Assembly (NCBI RefSeq): GCF_006345805.1
Contig: NC_042997.1
Span: 125,054,001 to 125,118,000 of the forward strand
Source of the DNA: Octopus sinensis
Taxonomy: Eukaryota
Direction: 5' to 3'
Length of the DNA stretch: 64,000 nucleotides
Position numbers and translations under genes: made by a program
Shown: positions 26,269 to 40,587 of the stretch, one piece after another
Layout of the letters: each line of letters starts with the position of its first letter
Position numbering within the stretch: the first letter of the stretch is position 1
Notes under the pieces: model-generated
Told to the model about the DNA's origin: nothing
What the model saw: the letters and a program-made list of their open reading frames with translations, nothing else
Databases searched by the model: none

Positions 26269-26324
26269 CCTGTTTTTGTTACCATTTTTACCCCTCCGCA
26301 AAAAAATCTCAAATTTTATTTAAT

Positions 26325-26560
26325 TTGATTTTCGCGGGAAGGATTGTTTCATTAAAGTCATGTATCGCCTTGACCTTCGAAACGTGGAGTAGATGAAACA
26401 AAGGCGACTGAAGAAGGGGAATTTTCCTTGTTTTGTATGTCCTGTACTCTATTTTTTCGTTGTTTAAGAAAAATGTCCATTTCCTTGGTTTTGTGTTTAT
26501 GTTTTCGTTTCTCATTGTGTTCGACGTTTTTTGTGGTGTCCTGTACCCATATATGCATGT
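26325..26560 (+). mobile_element. Possible Penelope pseudo-LTR-like repeat with fragmentary hammerhead motifs
   Basis: CCTTCGAAACGT, CTGAAGAAGGGGAA..TTCCTT, a 7-bp stem TCGCCTT/AAGGCGA, and a T-rich tail into (TA)n. Confidence 0.35.
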
Positions 26561-26639
26561 ATATATACATGTAGAGGTAGGTAAGTACATATATGTATGT
26601 ATATATGCATATGTTTTATTTATTATTAATTAATTAATT

Positions 26640-26690
<51 letters not shown>

Positions 26691-28309
26691 TGTGTGCGTG
26701 AGTATGCGTAAGTTTATGTATGCGCAAACCTACTTCGTAGATATACAATCATGACAAATTTACCTTCTAAGTAGATTGAGAAAAGAATGGTCAGCCTTAA
26801 ACACCTTACTGAGCCGTCACCAGACATCTCTACGCCACTTGACCAATCGCAGAAAAGAAAGTATCCGATACATACAAATACACAAAAATGCCTATTAACT
26901 GCAAAGAACTTGAGTTAACAAATTACTCACCAACACTTTATTTAATATAAGAGGACTGTCAGCAGGGAACCCAGTGCCCATATTATCAATGTATAGTTTG
27001 ACATATACAAACCGACTTAGAAGACATATAAACATGCCAAATTGACCTATTTCTTTATAGGCAGGAAAAAATAATGAACAGCTACAATCCAAATTCGACC
27101 CCTATTGGGGGCCTCATCTGAAATGTCTACATCACTTGACTAACCTCTAGCCACAAGGACTAATTCAACACACCAGTATCTCTCTTTCCAAGAACAACAT
27201 ACGATTCCATTACCGCATTTCTAACACACATCAATCACTCTATATTTACTATGTCCGTGTAGCCAGCCTTGCTTTTGGTTTTATCTCTGTAGTAACTGTT
27301 GTGATTGTATTGTTGTTTACTTCAGTATGTTGATAACAATATCCAGCGTTCAGTTTTGTAAGCAGATAATATTTGGGATTTGGGATTCAGTAATTTTCGC
27401 ACTAACTGGTTGATAACATTATCCGTGATTACACAAAACGGCTTCCCTGTATATCACATTGTATGCTAATGCGGCTACTACTGACTAAACCTCTATGTAT
27501 ATAGCTATCACATTATACCTGTAAGCGTTATCTGTTATCTAATAGCTAGCACTATGTTATCTGCCCCAATGGCTCTCATTCATCATTTGAATGCGAGCAA
27601 ATACTGCAACCGTTAATATTCTCCACGCGGTTATCAGTTTCTACTACCACGTGACTACAGCCATATTCCTACGCAAAATATTTGCTGTCACCATATGTAC
27701 AATGTAAACTAAATCCCATATCCCTGTAATTTTAAATTTAATCTATATCAACGTTGTAGAAATTCACATGGTTACATATCTTGAAAGTAACTAAAAATAT
27801 CTAGAAAATATCTGAAAAAAAAACAATGACGTGACACATTATAGAGATTAAGAATAAATAGTATTCTGCATAATAATGTGTGTACAGTTTTGCTGAAAAA
27901 AATTACTTTTGACATTACTTCATAAGAGTAATACCATTTTGGTTTTATTCATGTTCGTTTGGTTCTGAATCAGGTGTTGTAAATTCAGGATTGCAACTCC
28001 AACGTGATTTTAACACAAAACTACTTATAACTAACCCTATAAATATAGTATGTACGTGCGCGCGCGCGTTTGTGTGTGTGTGTGTGTGCGTCTGTGTGTG
28101 TGTGTGCATCTGGATGTGTGTGTGTGTGTGCATGTGCGCGTGTAGGTATGATAATACAACCGGCATAAAGAGAATTGAACTCATGAGTAAATATTATTTT
28201 TGTGTTTATAATTGGCAAAAGGTTTTAAAAGTGACTCAGGATAAGTGCCATACAAGAAGCCCTCGGCATTTGAGTCAAGTTTTAGCTTTCTACCAACTAA
28301 GTAGACTGT

Positions 28310-28328
28310 GACATATATTATATTATAT

Positions 28329-28362
<34 letters not shown>

Positions 28363-28463
28363 ATATGAGTGTATATATATATGCATATATATATATATAT
28401 GTACATACATATGTATATATATAATATATATATATATTATATATGTATATATGTATATATATT

Positions 28464-28513
<50 letters not shown>

Positions 28514-28921
28514 TGTATGTGTGTGTGTGCGCGTGGAGAGATTGTATATGTATTCATATATGTGTGTTTATTCGCTCATATACACTTATTCGAACGCCAT
28601 TTTAATACATATGTCCAGATATAAAACGAACATGCGCGAATTCACACACAGACACTCACTCACACACACTCACACACAGAGTTATATAAACAGTGGCACG
28701 TAAATACAGACAAAGAAACAGAAATATTTTAACAACAACAAAAAACGTAGAATAAAGAGAGAAAAAGAAATAGGGGAAGAATGAGATAAACGAAGAGAAA
28801 AAAGAAGGAACTCAGAAAGGTGTTAATGTCCGCCGTTGAAATGATAGACAGATGTAAAGAATTTGAGATAGAGAAATATTATATTGATTCTACTTGATTT
28901 ATGATATTTGAAGCATTGGTG

Positions 28922-28969
<48 letters not shown>

Positions 28970-29060
28970 ATATATATATATTATATAATATATATATATA
29001 ATATATATATATATACACGAATAGATATTCATACATACACACATACATTTATATATTTAC

Positions 29061-29102
<42 letters not shown>

Positions 29103-29388
29103 TATGTATGTATATATATATATATATATATACTTGTGCATAGGGAGAACAGAAAACATATTTACATATATACTTAGATACACATACAATCAAAAAAATA
29201 TATGTTTCGCGTGTATATATAAATATGTATGGATGTATATATATGATACAGCATGGCCACAGGCTCAACTGGAACCAGTTAAAGTAAGTAAAAGCATACA
29301 TTTATGTGTGTATGTATATTGTATGTATATTTGTAGATAAATGTCTGTACAAATGTATATATATGTATGTATATATATTTGTGTATAC

Positions 29389-29432
<44 letters not shown>

Positions 29433-29476
29433 CATATAAATATATATACATATACATATATACATATATGCATATA

Positions 29477-29566
<90 letters not shown>

Positions 29567-29575
29567 CATGTTTGT
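28310..29575. repeat. Large (TA)n/(CA)n-rich low-complexity block
   Basis: Direct reading; the YIYI ORFs here are artefacts. Confidence 0.9.
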
Positions 29576-30121
29576 GTGCACTTATGTATATACATAATAT
29601 AACTATATATTTCTGTGCACAGAGGTACGGAAGGGATGAGAGTGATAGAGAAAGAGAGAAAAAGTGAGCGAATGATCGCCGCCATAGTTGAGTGAATTTT
29701 ATGTTAAGATATTTAAAGTAACAATTGGAACATCAAGTATTCTCCTGTGACACCGGCTTAGAAATGGTAGTGACATTGCATTCTCAAAGCTGTTTTTCAT
29801 GAGCGTTTGAAACTCTTTCATCTATCTATCTATGGGAGAAAGCTAAAAGACGCATTCATACTCACTACTGTCTACACCAAACGTTCGTTTGATAAAGCGA
29901 CCATTAAACGTTGACAACCAAAAATGTTTTGAAAGCATCAGGTCATTTGTGAGAACATTGAGGCAACTTCAGTACCATTTTTGAAGTGCCATTGTACAGG
30001 AATAAAGAACACTGATCCCTCCCTACACCATATTTTGTTTCACTCTACTCTACCTCTATACCATATTGCTGTTATCATTCTTAACAATTTTCCATGTTTG
30101 TCGATCATATATGATAGCTAG

Positions 30122-30201
30122 ATAACAAATACGTGCAAATTGACTCCGGAGATTTTGATACGCTTTTATGTAGAGATCGTTTGAAAGAGGCACAGGAAAC
30201 A
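30122..30201 (+). CDS. Candidate coding exon of an unidentified gene (DNKYVQIDSGDFDTLLCRDRLKEAQET)
   Basis: Open, protein-like frame after tag; weak donor ACA|GTATTG in phase 0, compatible with exon 34462. Confidence 0.3.
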
Positions 30202-30742
30202 GTATTGGCTTAAATAATCTATATTAAAGTAAGGGGGAGGCGTTATAAAATACAAAATTATTTTTCATACAATATCAAGTAAAAAAAACAACAAAATAAT
30301 AGATCAAAACAAACACATTTTCTAAACAATTTATTATGGAAATGCGGATATCCGAAGCATTGAAAGTGTCCATAGAGACAGCATAAACACAAATTGTTCT
30401 GATGAGGATATGTCAGGCAGAAAAGAAACCAAATGAAAGCTGTAAAAGCTGTTTGTATATAACAACAATAACTACAATGAAATATGCTTGTGTTTGCGTT
30501 GTGTTTTCTGCTGAGTTGTCTGTTGTAATTTTTATTTTTTGTCATCGACATCCTCATCATTATCATCGCCATTCATCATAGCATACGCAATTAAATATAC
30601 TTGTTTGTATATTTCTGTATGTACAGCATGTAATATAATATATGGAATTTCAATGCTTGTTTACAGTTATATATATATACATATATAATATATATATATA
30701 TAGATATATATTCATTCATATATGTTTATATAAATGCATATA

Positions 30743-30795
<53 letters not shown>

Positions 30796-31333
30796 TATAT
30801 ATATATATGCATTTATATAAACATATATATGAATGATTGTACATATGCACTCTCTCATATACACACATATCTGTTGGAAGACATGAATGTACATATAAAT
30901 GAATATGCATATTATTTGTATGCCCGCTTGTGTGTTTGTATGTGTGGCGTGTGTGAGTGTATTCGTGGGCATGTGTGTGTGTGTGTGGCATTATCATCAT
31001 CAACCTCGTCAATAACCAAGTGTCTTACTATGGACAATTATATGCGTGTTTGTATATTTCTATAATGATAATAACAGCCATAAATGCGACTTCAATCTTA
31101 GTTTACAATTATATGTATTCATGTATATATGTACATATGCTTGTGTATATGTATATATATGTGTGTTTGTGTGTGTGTATGTGTGTGCTTGTTTGTGTCT
31201 GTGTGTGTTAGTGTGAAACTATGCATACGTAAATGCCCGTGTATATGTATTTACATATATTAATACATACATACATACATACATATATATATATATATAA
31301 TATAGATATATATATATATTATATATATATATA

Positions 31334-31371
<38 letters not shown>

Positions 31372-31429
31372 TATATGTAGAGTGTGAATATATATATATT
31401 TAATATATATATATTATATATATATATAT

Positions 31430-31477
<48 letters not shown>

Positions 31478-32083
31478 CCATTTCTGTGTAACCTAGTGAC
31501 GATAGCTCTCCATTTTCACTTCAATGTGTACAATTAATAAAAGAGTTTTGTGAACAATCTAATTTCTAACCTAATGTAAGGCGTTCTTTGTTGTAATCAA
31601 TAGCGTGAAAATAGTCTTGATGTAGAATAAAATTCTTTGATCCAAGAACGGATGCCATGACCTTAAGTAACAGTAACACCATATACTCATAGAAGTGAGC
31701 GAGAGTTAAATATATTTCCTTGTTAGGACGCTAGTGTATTATGGGCAGCCTTTCCGTTCGACGGTTACTTGTTATTTTTGTCCTACTTAGTTTGTGGTTG
31801 CGTGGTGAAGAACCTTTCTTCGCAATTGCCTCGTTTTGAATTCAATCCCCATTGAACAACACGTTGAACAAAGGTCTTCCATCTTAGTCTGACGTCTATA
31901 GAAATATTGTGAGGAAATTTTATTGGCAGAAGCTGCTTTGGAGTTTGTATGGATACTCGATTTTGTTTTTGCGTGTTAGAATTAATTTGGTACTTGGTTT
32001 ACTGTCGCGCTTACTCTATGGTTGTTTTTAGCAGAGTTCATTATGCTGTAAACACTTGGGGCTTACCTCCAGCTTAAGTATAT

Positions 32084-32422
32084 ATTTCTTTATTGCCCAC
32101 AAAGGGCTAAACACAGAGGGGACAAACAAGGACAGACAGATGGATTAAGTTGATTATATCGACCCTAGTGCGTAATTGGTACTTAATTTATCGACCCCGA
32201 AAGGATGAAATGCAAAGTCGACCTCGGCGGAATTTGAACTCAGAACGTAACGGCAGACTAACTACGGCTACGCATTTCGCGCGGCGTGCTGACGTTTCTG
32301 CCAGCTCGCCGCCTAAAAGGCTAAGTCGACCTTGACGGCATTTGAACTCAGAACGTTGGGATGAACGAAATGTCGCAAAGCATTTTGGTCGGCGTGCTAA
32401 TTACGTTGCCAGCTCGCCGCCA
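32084..32422 (-). mobile_element. Type-M SINE (full) plus an adjacent partial copy
   Basis: tatttctttattgcccacaaag..gacccc gaaaggatgaaa..gccagctcgccgcc, then the head is repeated. Confidence 0.9.
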
Positions 32423-33445
32423 TACATCCAGCTTAAATATACGTTCGATCTCTCATAGCGATGTCACACTCATGTAGCCTAGAATATAAGTATCTCGCCT
32501 ACCAACACACCTCTCAAACAGTGCATCTACAACTATATTATTTTGTACATCCTTCCTTCTGTTGAGATTGTAGAGTGTGATTTAATGAAGTTTTGGCAGT
32601 TATTTTATAGTATGTTCAGCGACTGCATACGAACTCCTAATCAATGCACATGCAACATTCCAATTTCATTTTTAAACGTACCAGTTTCCCTCTATCAAAT
32701 TAACTGGAACCAAAAGAAAATTTGTTTCTAGAGTGCAATTAAAGGGGAAACATTCACGTACTTGCTATCTTGACACAACATCAGTACAGTTCTTCATTAT
32801 TTGAAGCTGGGAAATAAACACGATTTACTTGTAATTGAAATGCTTTATTAAAAAAATATGAGCGACATGGTCAGTTTGCCAAATCAAAATAGAGAATTGC
32901 GTGTAGTCTCTATTGATTTCTTCATTGTATATCAACAAGGGATTTTTTACGATGTACGTACAACTGCCCTTTCTTTGATTTAATTTTTTTTCTCTTTTTT
33001 TTTTCAATACGACATTATTATAACTTTACGTGTATTGTAATTTACGCTGTAAAAATTATTTGAAAATTACCAAAAATCATTTCAAAATGTTAATAATTAT
33101 ATTTGGCAAGTTATTGATGAAAATATAGCTTTATATTTAGCTCTTATTAGCTTCACCTTTTCATATGTAACACATTTTTTTGATTCCTATTTTTGACAAA
33201 CATTAATTCAGATTGGAATGGTTTCTTTTGGCAACTTTGGCAGATAAGTATATTGTCGTTTTACTTTTAACCGTTGTAGGCGGCTGGAGCGCTATATAAC
33301 AGTATATCCGTATAACTGGATATCTGTATAAAAGTTGTATGCAAAAGAAGTATTGTATGTCGTTTTACCGTAAGTTTTTATAACTATTGTATGTAGCAGT
33401 AGCACATACTGTACCTAACTGTACAACCGTTGTATGCAGCAGAGA

Positions 33446-33830
33446 TCTCTCTATATATAAACGGCAGTTTGTCTGTGTGTGTTTCTGTGTGTCTGTTAGG
33501 TTGTACCCTCACCCTGACCACGGCTTTCAACCGATTCTGATGAAACTTGACACACACATAGCCCAATGTCATAATTCAAAACTAACGCAGCGAAAATTTT
33601 GAATTATGACCCCAGATCTGAAAAAAATCGATAAATTCGACATGGGGTCGAGAATCAGAAACACAAACCACAGACTGTCTAGGGGACGCAACTCCACCTT
33701 TTTAACTCTCAAAAATAAATTTACCATAATTTTTTTTCCATTTTTTTGCTATTTTTTGGCTATAACTCTCTAAAAATGCTTTATAGTTATTTCCCTTACA
33801 AACCCGAGCAACGCCGGGCGATACTGCTAG
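33446..33830 (+). mobile_element. Non-autonomous Helitron
   Basis: A|TC start, 3' hairpin cccgagcaacgccggg, CTAG|T end; homologous to 10808-11187. Confidence 0.85.
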
Positions 33831-33949
33831 TACTATATAACTGTAAAACCGAATAACTGTTGAGTGCAGTAGGATTTCAGTATAATTTCCGTAATTGTAT
33901 AACCGTATAGCACTACAATTGTTGTGTATATCAAACGTATTGTATAGCT

Positions 33950-34185
33950 CTTACTCTTTTACTCTTCTACTTGTTTCAGTCATTTGACTACGGCCATGCT
34001 GGAGCACCGCCTTTAGTCGAGCAAATCGACCCTAGGACTTATTCTTTGGAAGCCTATTACTTATTCTATCGGTCTCTTTTGCCGAACCGCTAAGTTACTG
34101 GGGCGTAAACACACCAGCATCGGTTGTCAAGTGATGCTGGGGGGACTAACACAGACACACAAACATATACACACACATACATATA
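33950..34185 (-). mobile_element. Type-C SINE, 3' part only
   Basis: Matches the 3' part of 15156-15562. Confidence 0.85.
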
Positions 34186-34461
34186 TATATTTGTAAGCAA
34201 GAGTGGTACTGTATAACTGATGCATATTTTTTATTCAGCAAGTGCACTGGGTAATTATATAACCGTATAATTATATAAATGTGTAATGGCCATTGCTTTT
34301 GCAGCGAGGCAGCTGTGCAACTGGTGTTTACTTCTTTAGTTGCTAAAGTATGCTGGATACTACCGAGAATAAAAATTAGAAATGCGATATTTTCATGCTA
34401 AAAGAATTATTCAATCACTGTTTGCTATAACTGATTCTTTCTTCCTTTTTCTTGTTTACAG

Positions 34462-34576
34462 TATAGTGTCGAACGGATTCGTTCATTGACCCTTTCATGT
34501 AACAGATTCCAAGAGAAAGAAGAAACTAAACAAATAATTGACAGACATAAAACTTTTCGACACCAAATCCTAAAAG
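34462..34576 (+). CDS. Candidate coding exon (YSVERIRSLTLSCNRFQEKEETKQIIDRHKTFRHQILK), phase 0 to 1
   Basis: Long polypyrimidine tract plus CAG acceptor, AG|GTAGGC donor, 115-nt open frame; joins in frame to exon 35786. Confidence 0.6.
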
Positions 34577-35257
34577 GTAGGCTTGGCTTCGGCGAGATTT
34601 GAACTCAGTATGTAGGAACAAATAACAAAAAAGATTTCTTTATGACACTGGTTGTTTCTACATTAATCGACGAACTTCAAGCCGATGAAGTAGAAATGAG
34701 GCAAAAGAACTACGTTCATGTTGAGAAAACAAACAATGATTTAGTGACTTAAAGAATTAAAATCCATTTAATATATTTACTTCTATATGTTTTTTTTTTT
34801 ATATCAAGCTTATTCTATGAGTAATAAAAGGAAAAATAAAAAACAATTTTGTCCTTAATTACATCCTTGCAGAAAATTACCAAGGTATTTTTTAAAGTCT
34901 TTTTAATCAATAAAAGTTTTATTTACTTTAAAATTGTTGCTATAAAATTGATGAACAAGAGGTTAATTTACTGTAAAGCCATAAAGAATTAAGACGTCTG
35001 AATCATCTTAAAGAACTAAGAACATAGGCAAAGTCTCGAATTAACATGTTTGCCGCTTTGTATAATAATACTTTCTTGTATCCAGTCTGTTGACATGTCT
35101 GTAAATCATTGACTGGATTAAAGTCTCATAAATGAGATAGCCGACAGAGCTAACAGAATAGAGAAAATAGATTTGGCCTCTGTATCCTAGACAGACAGGG
35201 AACTCCATTATATGTATGTGATATATAGCAAAATAAAAGGCAGTGAGCCACGCCGGA

Positions 35258-35435
35258 AAAATGGTGTTTAGTGATATTTCTTCCGACTTTACGTTCAGAG
35301 TTCAAATATCACTGGGGTCGACTTTGCCTTTCATCCTTTCGGGGTCGTTAAATACTCACCTGGAGCAATGGGGTCAGTGTAAGCGACTTATTCTCCCCTC
35401 CTAAATTGCTGACCTAGTGCCATTATTTGAAACCA
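35258..35435 (+). mobile_element. Type-M SINE, diverged
   Basis: gtcgactttgcctttcatcctttcggggtcg core. Confidence 0.8.
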
Positions 35436-35785
35436 ATATATAACAAAATACATATATATTCTGTATAAACTATATCGATGATATGAGAAAACAATAGTCA
35501 ACGAGGAGAGTATTTAGTTTCATAACCGAAATATAAATTATTTCATCAGATACTTATTCCTTGCATTATGATGCTTAACTCTAAATTTGTTGAGAAATTT
35601 CTTCGGTTGAATCGAACTGAGTACATATCTGCTTCATATTTCATTGATACTGATCAAATTTAAATCAACAGACTATTCTAGTAAGATTTGAACTCAGAAC
35701 ATTAAGTGTCGAAACTAAATAGTGCAAGATATTATTTTCCCCATCTGCCGTTTTACCATCCCAACACCTTATTTTTTGTCTATAG

Positions 35786-35839
35786 AAGTATTGACCAGAT
35801 TCAAAGAAAACATCAGACAGCTTATAGCTTCTCAACTCG
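35786..35839 (+). CDS. Candidate coding exon (EVLTRFKENIRQLIASQL), phase 1 to 1
   Basis: ttattttttgtctatag acceptor and G|GTATATG donor; 54 nt; continues the helical peptide of the previous exon. Confidence 0.6.
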
Positions 35840-36835
35840 GTATATGTAATCCTATTACAGTTTCAGAAATTCCTTTACAATCGATTGAATATGTTTAAAT
35901 ATATACAATGCAATAATTTAAACAGTGTGTCGTGTCTTCCGTGATTTTTATCAGGGCTTTCACAAAGCCTACTCTAGTGTCTACGTTTTGAAAAGATAAT
36001 ATATACAACATTTAAATGAGAGAAGACACGACAAGTCAAAAACATGTTCTGTTTTGTTTGTTATATTTTATTGGGCTTTTCGTCTAGACGTTCTTACACA
36101 GTAGGAGAAGTTTCTTTATAGATATGTCGAATCAGAGGTACAGAATAATTCTTTATAAACATATGCTATTGTTAGGATATCAAGACTTACAGCCGAATTT
36201 CTTTCCTTGTAGGAGGGTATCAATTATACGAGTGGCGCGGGTAGTATTTGAACTTTGTCACATTGCTTATGTAATGAATACCTTACCCATTGTGTTTTAT
36301 AAATGACATTTTATTGATTAGCCCACGTTGCGAAGCCAATAACATCTTTATCTCAAGTTACGTTTCATCGGCAGCACTATACGACTGTAGACCGATGTCT
36401 GATGCAGTAGAAAATATTAAGCGAAATTTTACTGGTCGAACTTTTCTTCTTGATAATTGCACACATACTCACACACGAATAAACATACACACCTACAAAC
36501 ACCGATACAAACACGTTGAGATTTTATTTTGTTATTGTTTTTCTTTTTTTATCACATCATGTTCTAGATGATTGGAGCACTGATAATGTTTGTTATATCA
36601 CAGCTGTTTCTCTCACTAGTGACTATTTGTATCTCACTCGACGCCGACTGTTAGCTTTGATCTAAATCTGAATAACACAGCAAGTAAACTATCAAAAGCC
36701 ATTCAAATCAGTAATTATAATTTCCTCTTGATTGATTATCAGAGATTACATACTCCACATTCTGAAATAAAAACAGATTCGAGAGGCTGTTTTTTAGTTT
36801 TGCACCCATACATGTCCATCTATCTGTCTATCTAT

Positions 36836-36905
<70 letters not shown>

Positions 36906-37077
36906 ATATACACATGGTGTCTGCCCCCTCGTTATCGAGTATGGCCATTACACGAAGCTTGATCAATGTTGTTATCGTGCAATGCCTGTGCAAGAAGATT
37001 TTTTTATAAAGTGAGGAAAGTCTGTGCACTGAGTCAATCCCACTCACTAATCAACAGCAGCCATAATCCGAAAAGAA

Positions 37078-37458
37078 TAAGTCAACATCATCGGTAACCG
37101 CTGAGCAGCAGGTTTTATGTCGGAGTTATCCCAGTTACCTGAGTTACCTTCTCCTAGAAGGATGCCCTAAGAAAGGCATCCTTCACTCCCAATGGTTTAA
37201 CCGCGCGATCGGGTATTCAGTCCGATTATTTCTGTCCCCGCGCATGATACAGCCTCAAGACATTTATTGGAAGGCCGTTGACTCTCAAGAGTTCCTCCGC
37301 CCTCTAACGGGTTTTGTTTTTCATACCGCAGGGTGTCCAATAAACACCCCCTCACCAAGCAAGCTTGGTGGGGTTGCTGGTTTAGTCGCCGACGACCCGA
37401 CCATGCAACAGGTTGTACTGGGTTACATGTTACCAGTAGCACTCGAAAGTGACCTGAC
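37078..37458 (-). mobile_element. Structured GC-richer repeat resembling an RTE-clade 5' UTR or non-autonomous derivative
   Basis: Minus-strand motif ctaggagaaggtaactc..aaaacc resembles RTE 5' UTRs as I recall them; several perfect hairpins, e.g. a 10-bp stem at 37157-37184. Confidence 0.45.
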
Positions 37459-38711
37459 ACAATACATACATACATACATAACTGGTATTGCCGGACTGAT
37501 TATCATCCTCGTTATGTAACTTTTAGGCCCTGTGGTCATCTTCATGTTTCCCATGATGCACAACACCTACTGAGGTTCTCATCGCCTTTGGACATCATAC
37601 TTTTCTGTCCACTATTCTTTTTGTTTTTGTTTGTTTTTTTCACCACGCCAGATATCTCCTAATGGTAAAAGATATCTTCACTTCGTCAAGACACTTTCAC
37701 TTTCGTTTTCTAATGCTGAAATTACTAATTCTTACCATTAAGCGAATGGCTAAGTGATCTAAGTCATACCTTTAAGTGATCTGAAGTGTAATCCACAATA
37801 TAGTAGTCAACGGCTACTGAACTGCGGACTTTTCCGTTACTGTACGGGAATCTCAGCTGCTTTTTTCCTGTAAAATTCTACCGTAACCTCCGATACATGT
37901 TCATACTGATCCGTGGCACTTGAATTTCGTCATCAAGTCAGACTCAATATGCTCCTCCATCGAATATCTCTACTCCCAATTATCTGAAAGTTATCGCATC
38001 CTTTCCAGTTTTCTCGAAACAACTAACACTGTAGCAGCTCAAACTGAATTGTATCGCCATTAATCTCCTGAAATTATAGCTAAGTTCTTTTTCTTTTTCT
38101 AAATTCCATTTCTAGAAGACATTTTTGAAATTAAAAATAAATTAAAACAATGAAAGAGAGAAAATAAATACGCATATTATATATATTACATTATATTGCA
38201 ATTGTTTCCTGATATAATATTTGCTTGTTTTACAATGAATAACAAAAAACTAAAGATATCAAAATATAATAATGTGCTACATAACTTAACAAAGGAGGAT
38301 GTTTTCTAACAATACGATGAAAAATAGCATAATTAAGAATTAGATAGCATTGATTTGCATTTTTGGAATCATTGACAATATATTGTTTTTCCGTTGTTAT
38401 TTGTTTTGTTTTTTTAACATACATAATTAAGTGGAAAACAAATATTGCTAAATAGTAAAACATTAACATTTATCAAAGCCTAAAGTTAGGAACTGTCAAA
38501 AGTTTCTTAATGAAAGGTAATAAGTAGTATGAAGAATGACTAAGCGATGTTCAGTAATACTTTCACAGTAACGGTAATTCTACTTCTCCAAAGCTCTATC
38601 TATTAATCTTCATTTCCTAAACAGTCGTTGCATTAATAACAAACATGTCGACATTTTGACGATAATTCATTTACATCTTCCTAAAATTAGCTGCATTTGA
38701 CATCGTGATTT

Positions 38712-39022
<311 letters not shown>

Positions 39023-39338
39023 GATAATAACGTTTCGCTTTTTGCTTCCTTTTGACAGTAATTTTGTTTTCAATTTTGATTAAATTTAAGTACTTATTTA
39101 TTTATTTATTTACTTTGCTGAACTACTTGCTATTGTCCTTTGGCAAATCTTTGATAAAACGTTGAGATGAGGAATGGACAGAGATAGCAAGAGATAAGAA
39201 ACTGACCAGGAAGCAGGAAGGAGAATCTAAGAAGGGAGCTACATACATAAATACGTACATATAGATATGTGTATGCATGTATATACATACATACATGCAT
39301 ACATACATGCATTTACATACATGCATACATACATACAT

Positions 39339-39402
<64 letters not shown>

Positions 39403-39589
39403 TGATATATGTTGTCAGAGAGAGGGAGAGAGAGAAAGGGAAAGCGGTGAGGTTTGTTAAAGAGTATTTAAGAGAAAAGTTGTATTATATCGAAGGAGGA
39501 GGAAATGTAAAATTCAAGCAGACTCAATATTTATGCAGCTGCTTCCGGTGCTGTCGGTGCTGCCGTTGCTGCTGCTGCGACCTCTGCTG

Positions 39590-39596
39590 GTGGTTG

Positions 39597-39639
<43 letters not shown>

Positions 39640-39790
39640 ATTGATGGTGATGATGATGATGACGATGATGATGATGACGATGATGATGATGACGATGATG
39701 GTGGTGGTGATGATGATGATGATGATGACGATGATGATGATGATGATGTTGATGGTGATGATGATGACGATGGCCACGACTGCGGCGGCG
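39590..39790. repeat. (GAT/GAC)n microsatellite
   Basis: Direct reading of the sequence. Confidence 0.95.
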
Positions 39791-40036
39791 GCGGCGATTA
39801 TGAGCACCGCCATGACTACGAACTCGACGATAACTATGACTTGGCCGGTGATAACGAGAGAACAAAAAGGAGAAGGAGGAGGATATAGCAGACATGCTGA
39901 AGAGAAATACCAATGTATGACGAGCAGCTTATTATTATTCCAAACATCTTGTCATTTTCTGCTTTCATCGTACAACCAAACACAGTACTGTGTGTACCTT
40001 GGTCACATGTAGTGATAGTTTTATTCTCTGCATTAT

Positions 40037-40114
<78 letters not shown>

Positions 40115-40157
40115 AGATATATATAGATATATATATATATTTATATAGCTGTGTATG

Positions 40158-40509
40158 TGTGAGAGTAAAGGGTAAAGACCCCCTTCGGTCATGAATGACC
40201 ATGGGATTGCACCTAGAAGTTACCCTCCTAGACACAAGTCAGGGCAAGGTTGTTTTTTTGTGGAAGACCAGCAGTCGCCCATGCATACTAGCCTCCCCTC
40301 TCCACGCCACCAGTGTTATCCAAGGGAAAGACAAAGGTCGATACAGCTTGGCACCAGTGACGTCGCAACTCATTTCTACAGCTGAGTGAACTGGAGCAAC
40401 GTGAAATAAAGTGCCTTGCTCAAGAACACAACACGCAGCCCGGTCGGGGATTCGAGCTCACAACCTCACGATCGTAAGCTCGACGCTCTAACCACTGAGT
40501 CATGCGCCA
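40158..40509 (-). mobile_element. tRNA-derived SINE, type V (CORE-like gagcaaggcacttt..ctcagctgtagaaatg)
   Basis: Head ggcgcatgactcagtggttagagc..gagctcgaatcccc; decayed relative at 42570-42750. Confidence 0.8.
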
Positions 40510-40587
40510 TGTATGATTATTATGTGTGTAGATATATATAAAATAATTTTTTTGCGTAATAAGATAAAAAACCAAGGCTGTACAGTA

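Noticed and set aside
26930-27050. Penelope RT echoes (GLSAGNPVPIL, FDIYKPT)
   Set aside because: Too short and degenerate to support.
35928-36033. 12-bp inverted repeat around 82 bp (MITE?)
   Set aside because: No TSD and no second copy.
36190-36435. Additional mini-exons of the putative gene
   Set aside because: Weak splice sites, and several incompatible alternatives.
38116-38153. Alternative terminal exon EDIFEIKNKLKQ*
   Set aside because: Good acceptor and phase, but very short and AT-rich; could be chance.
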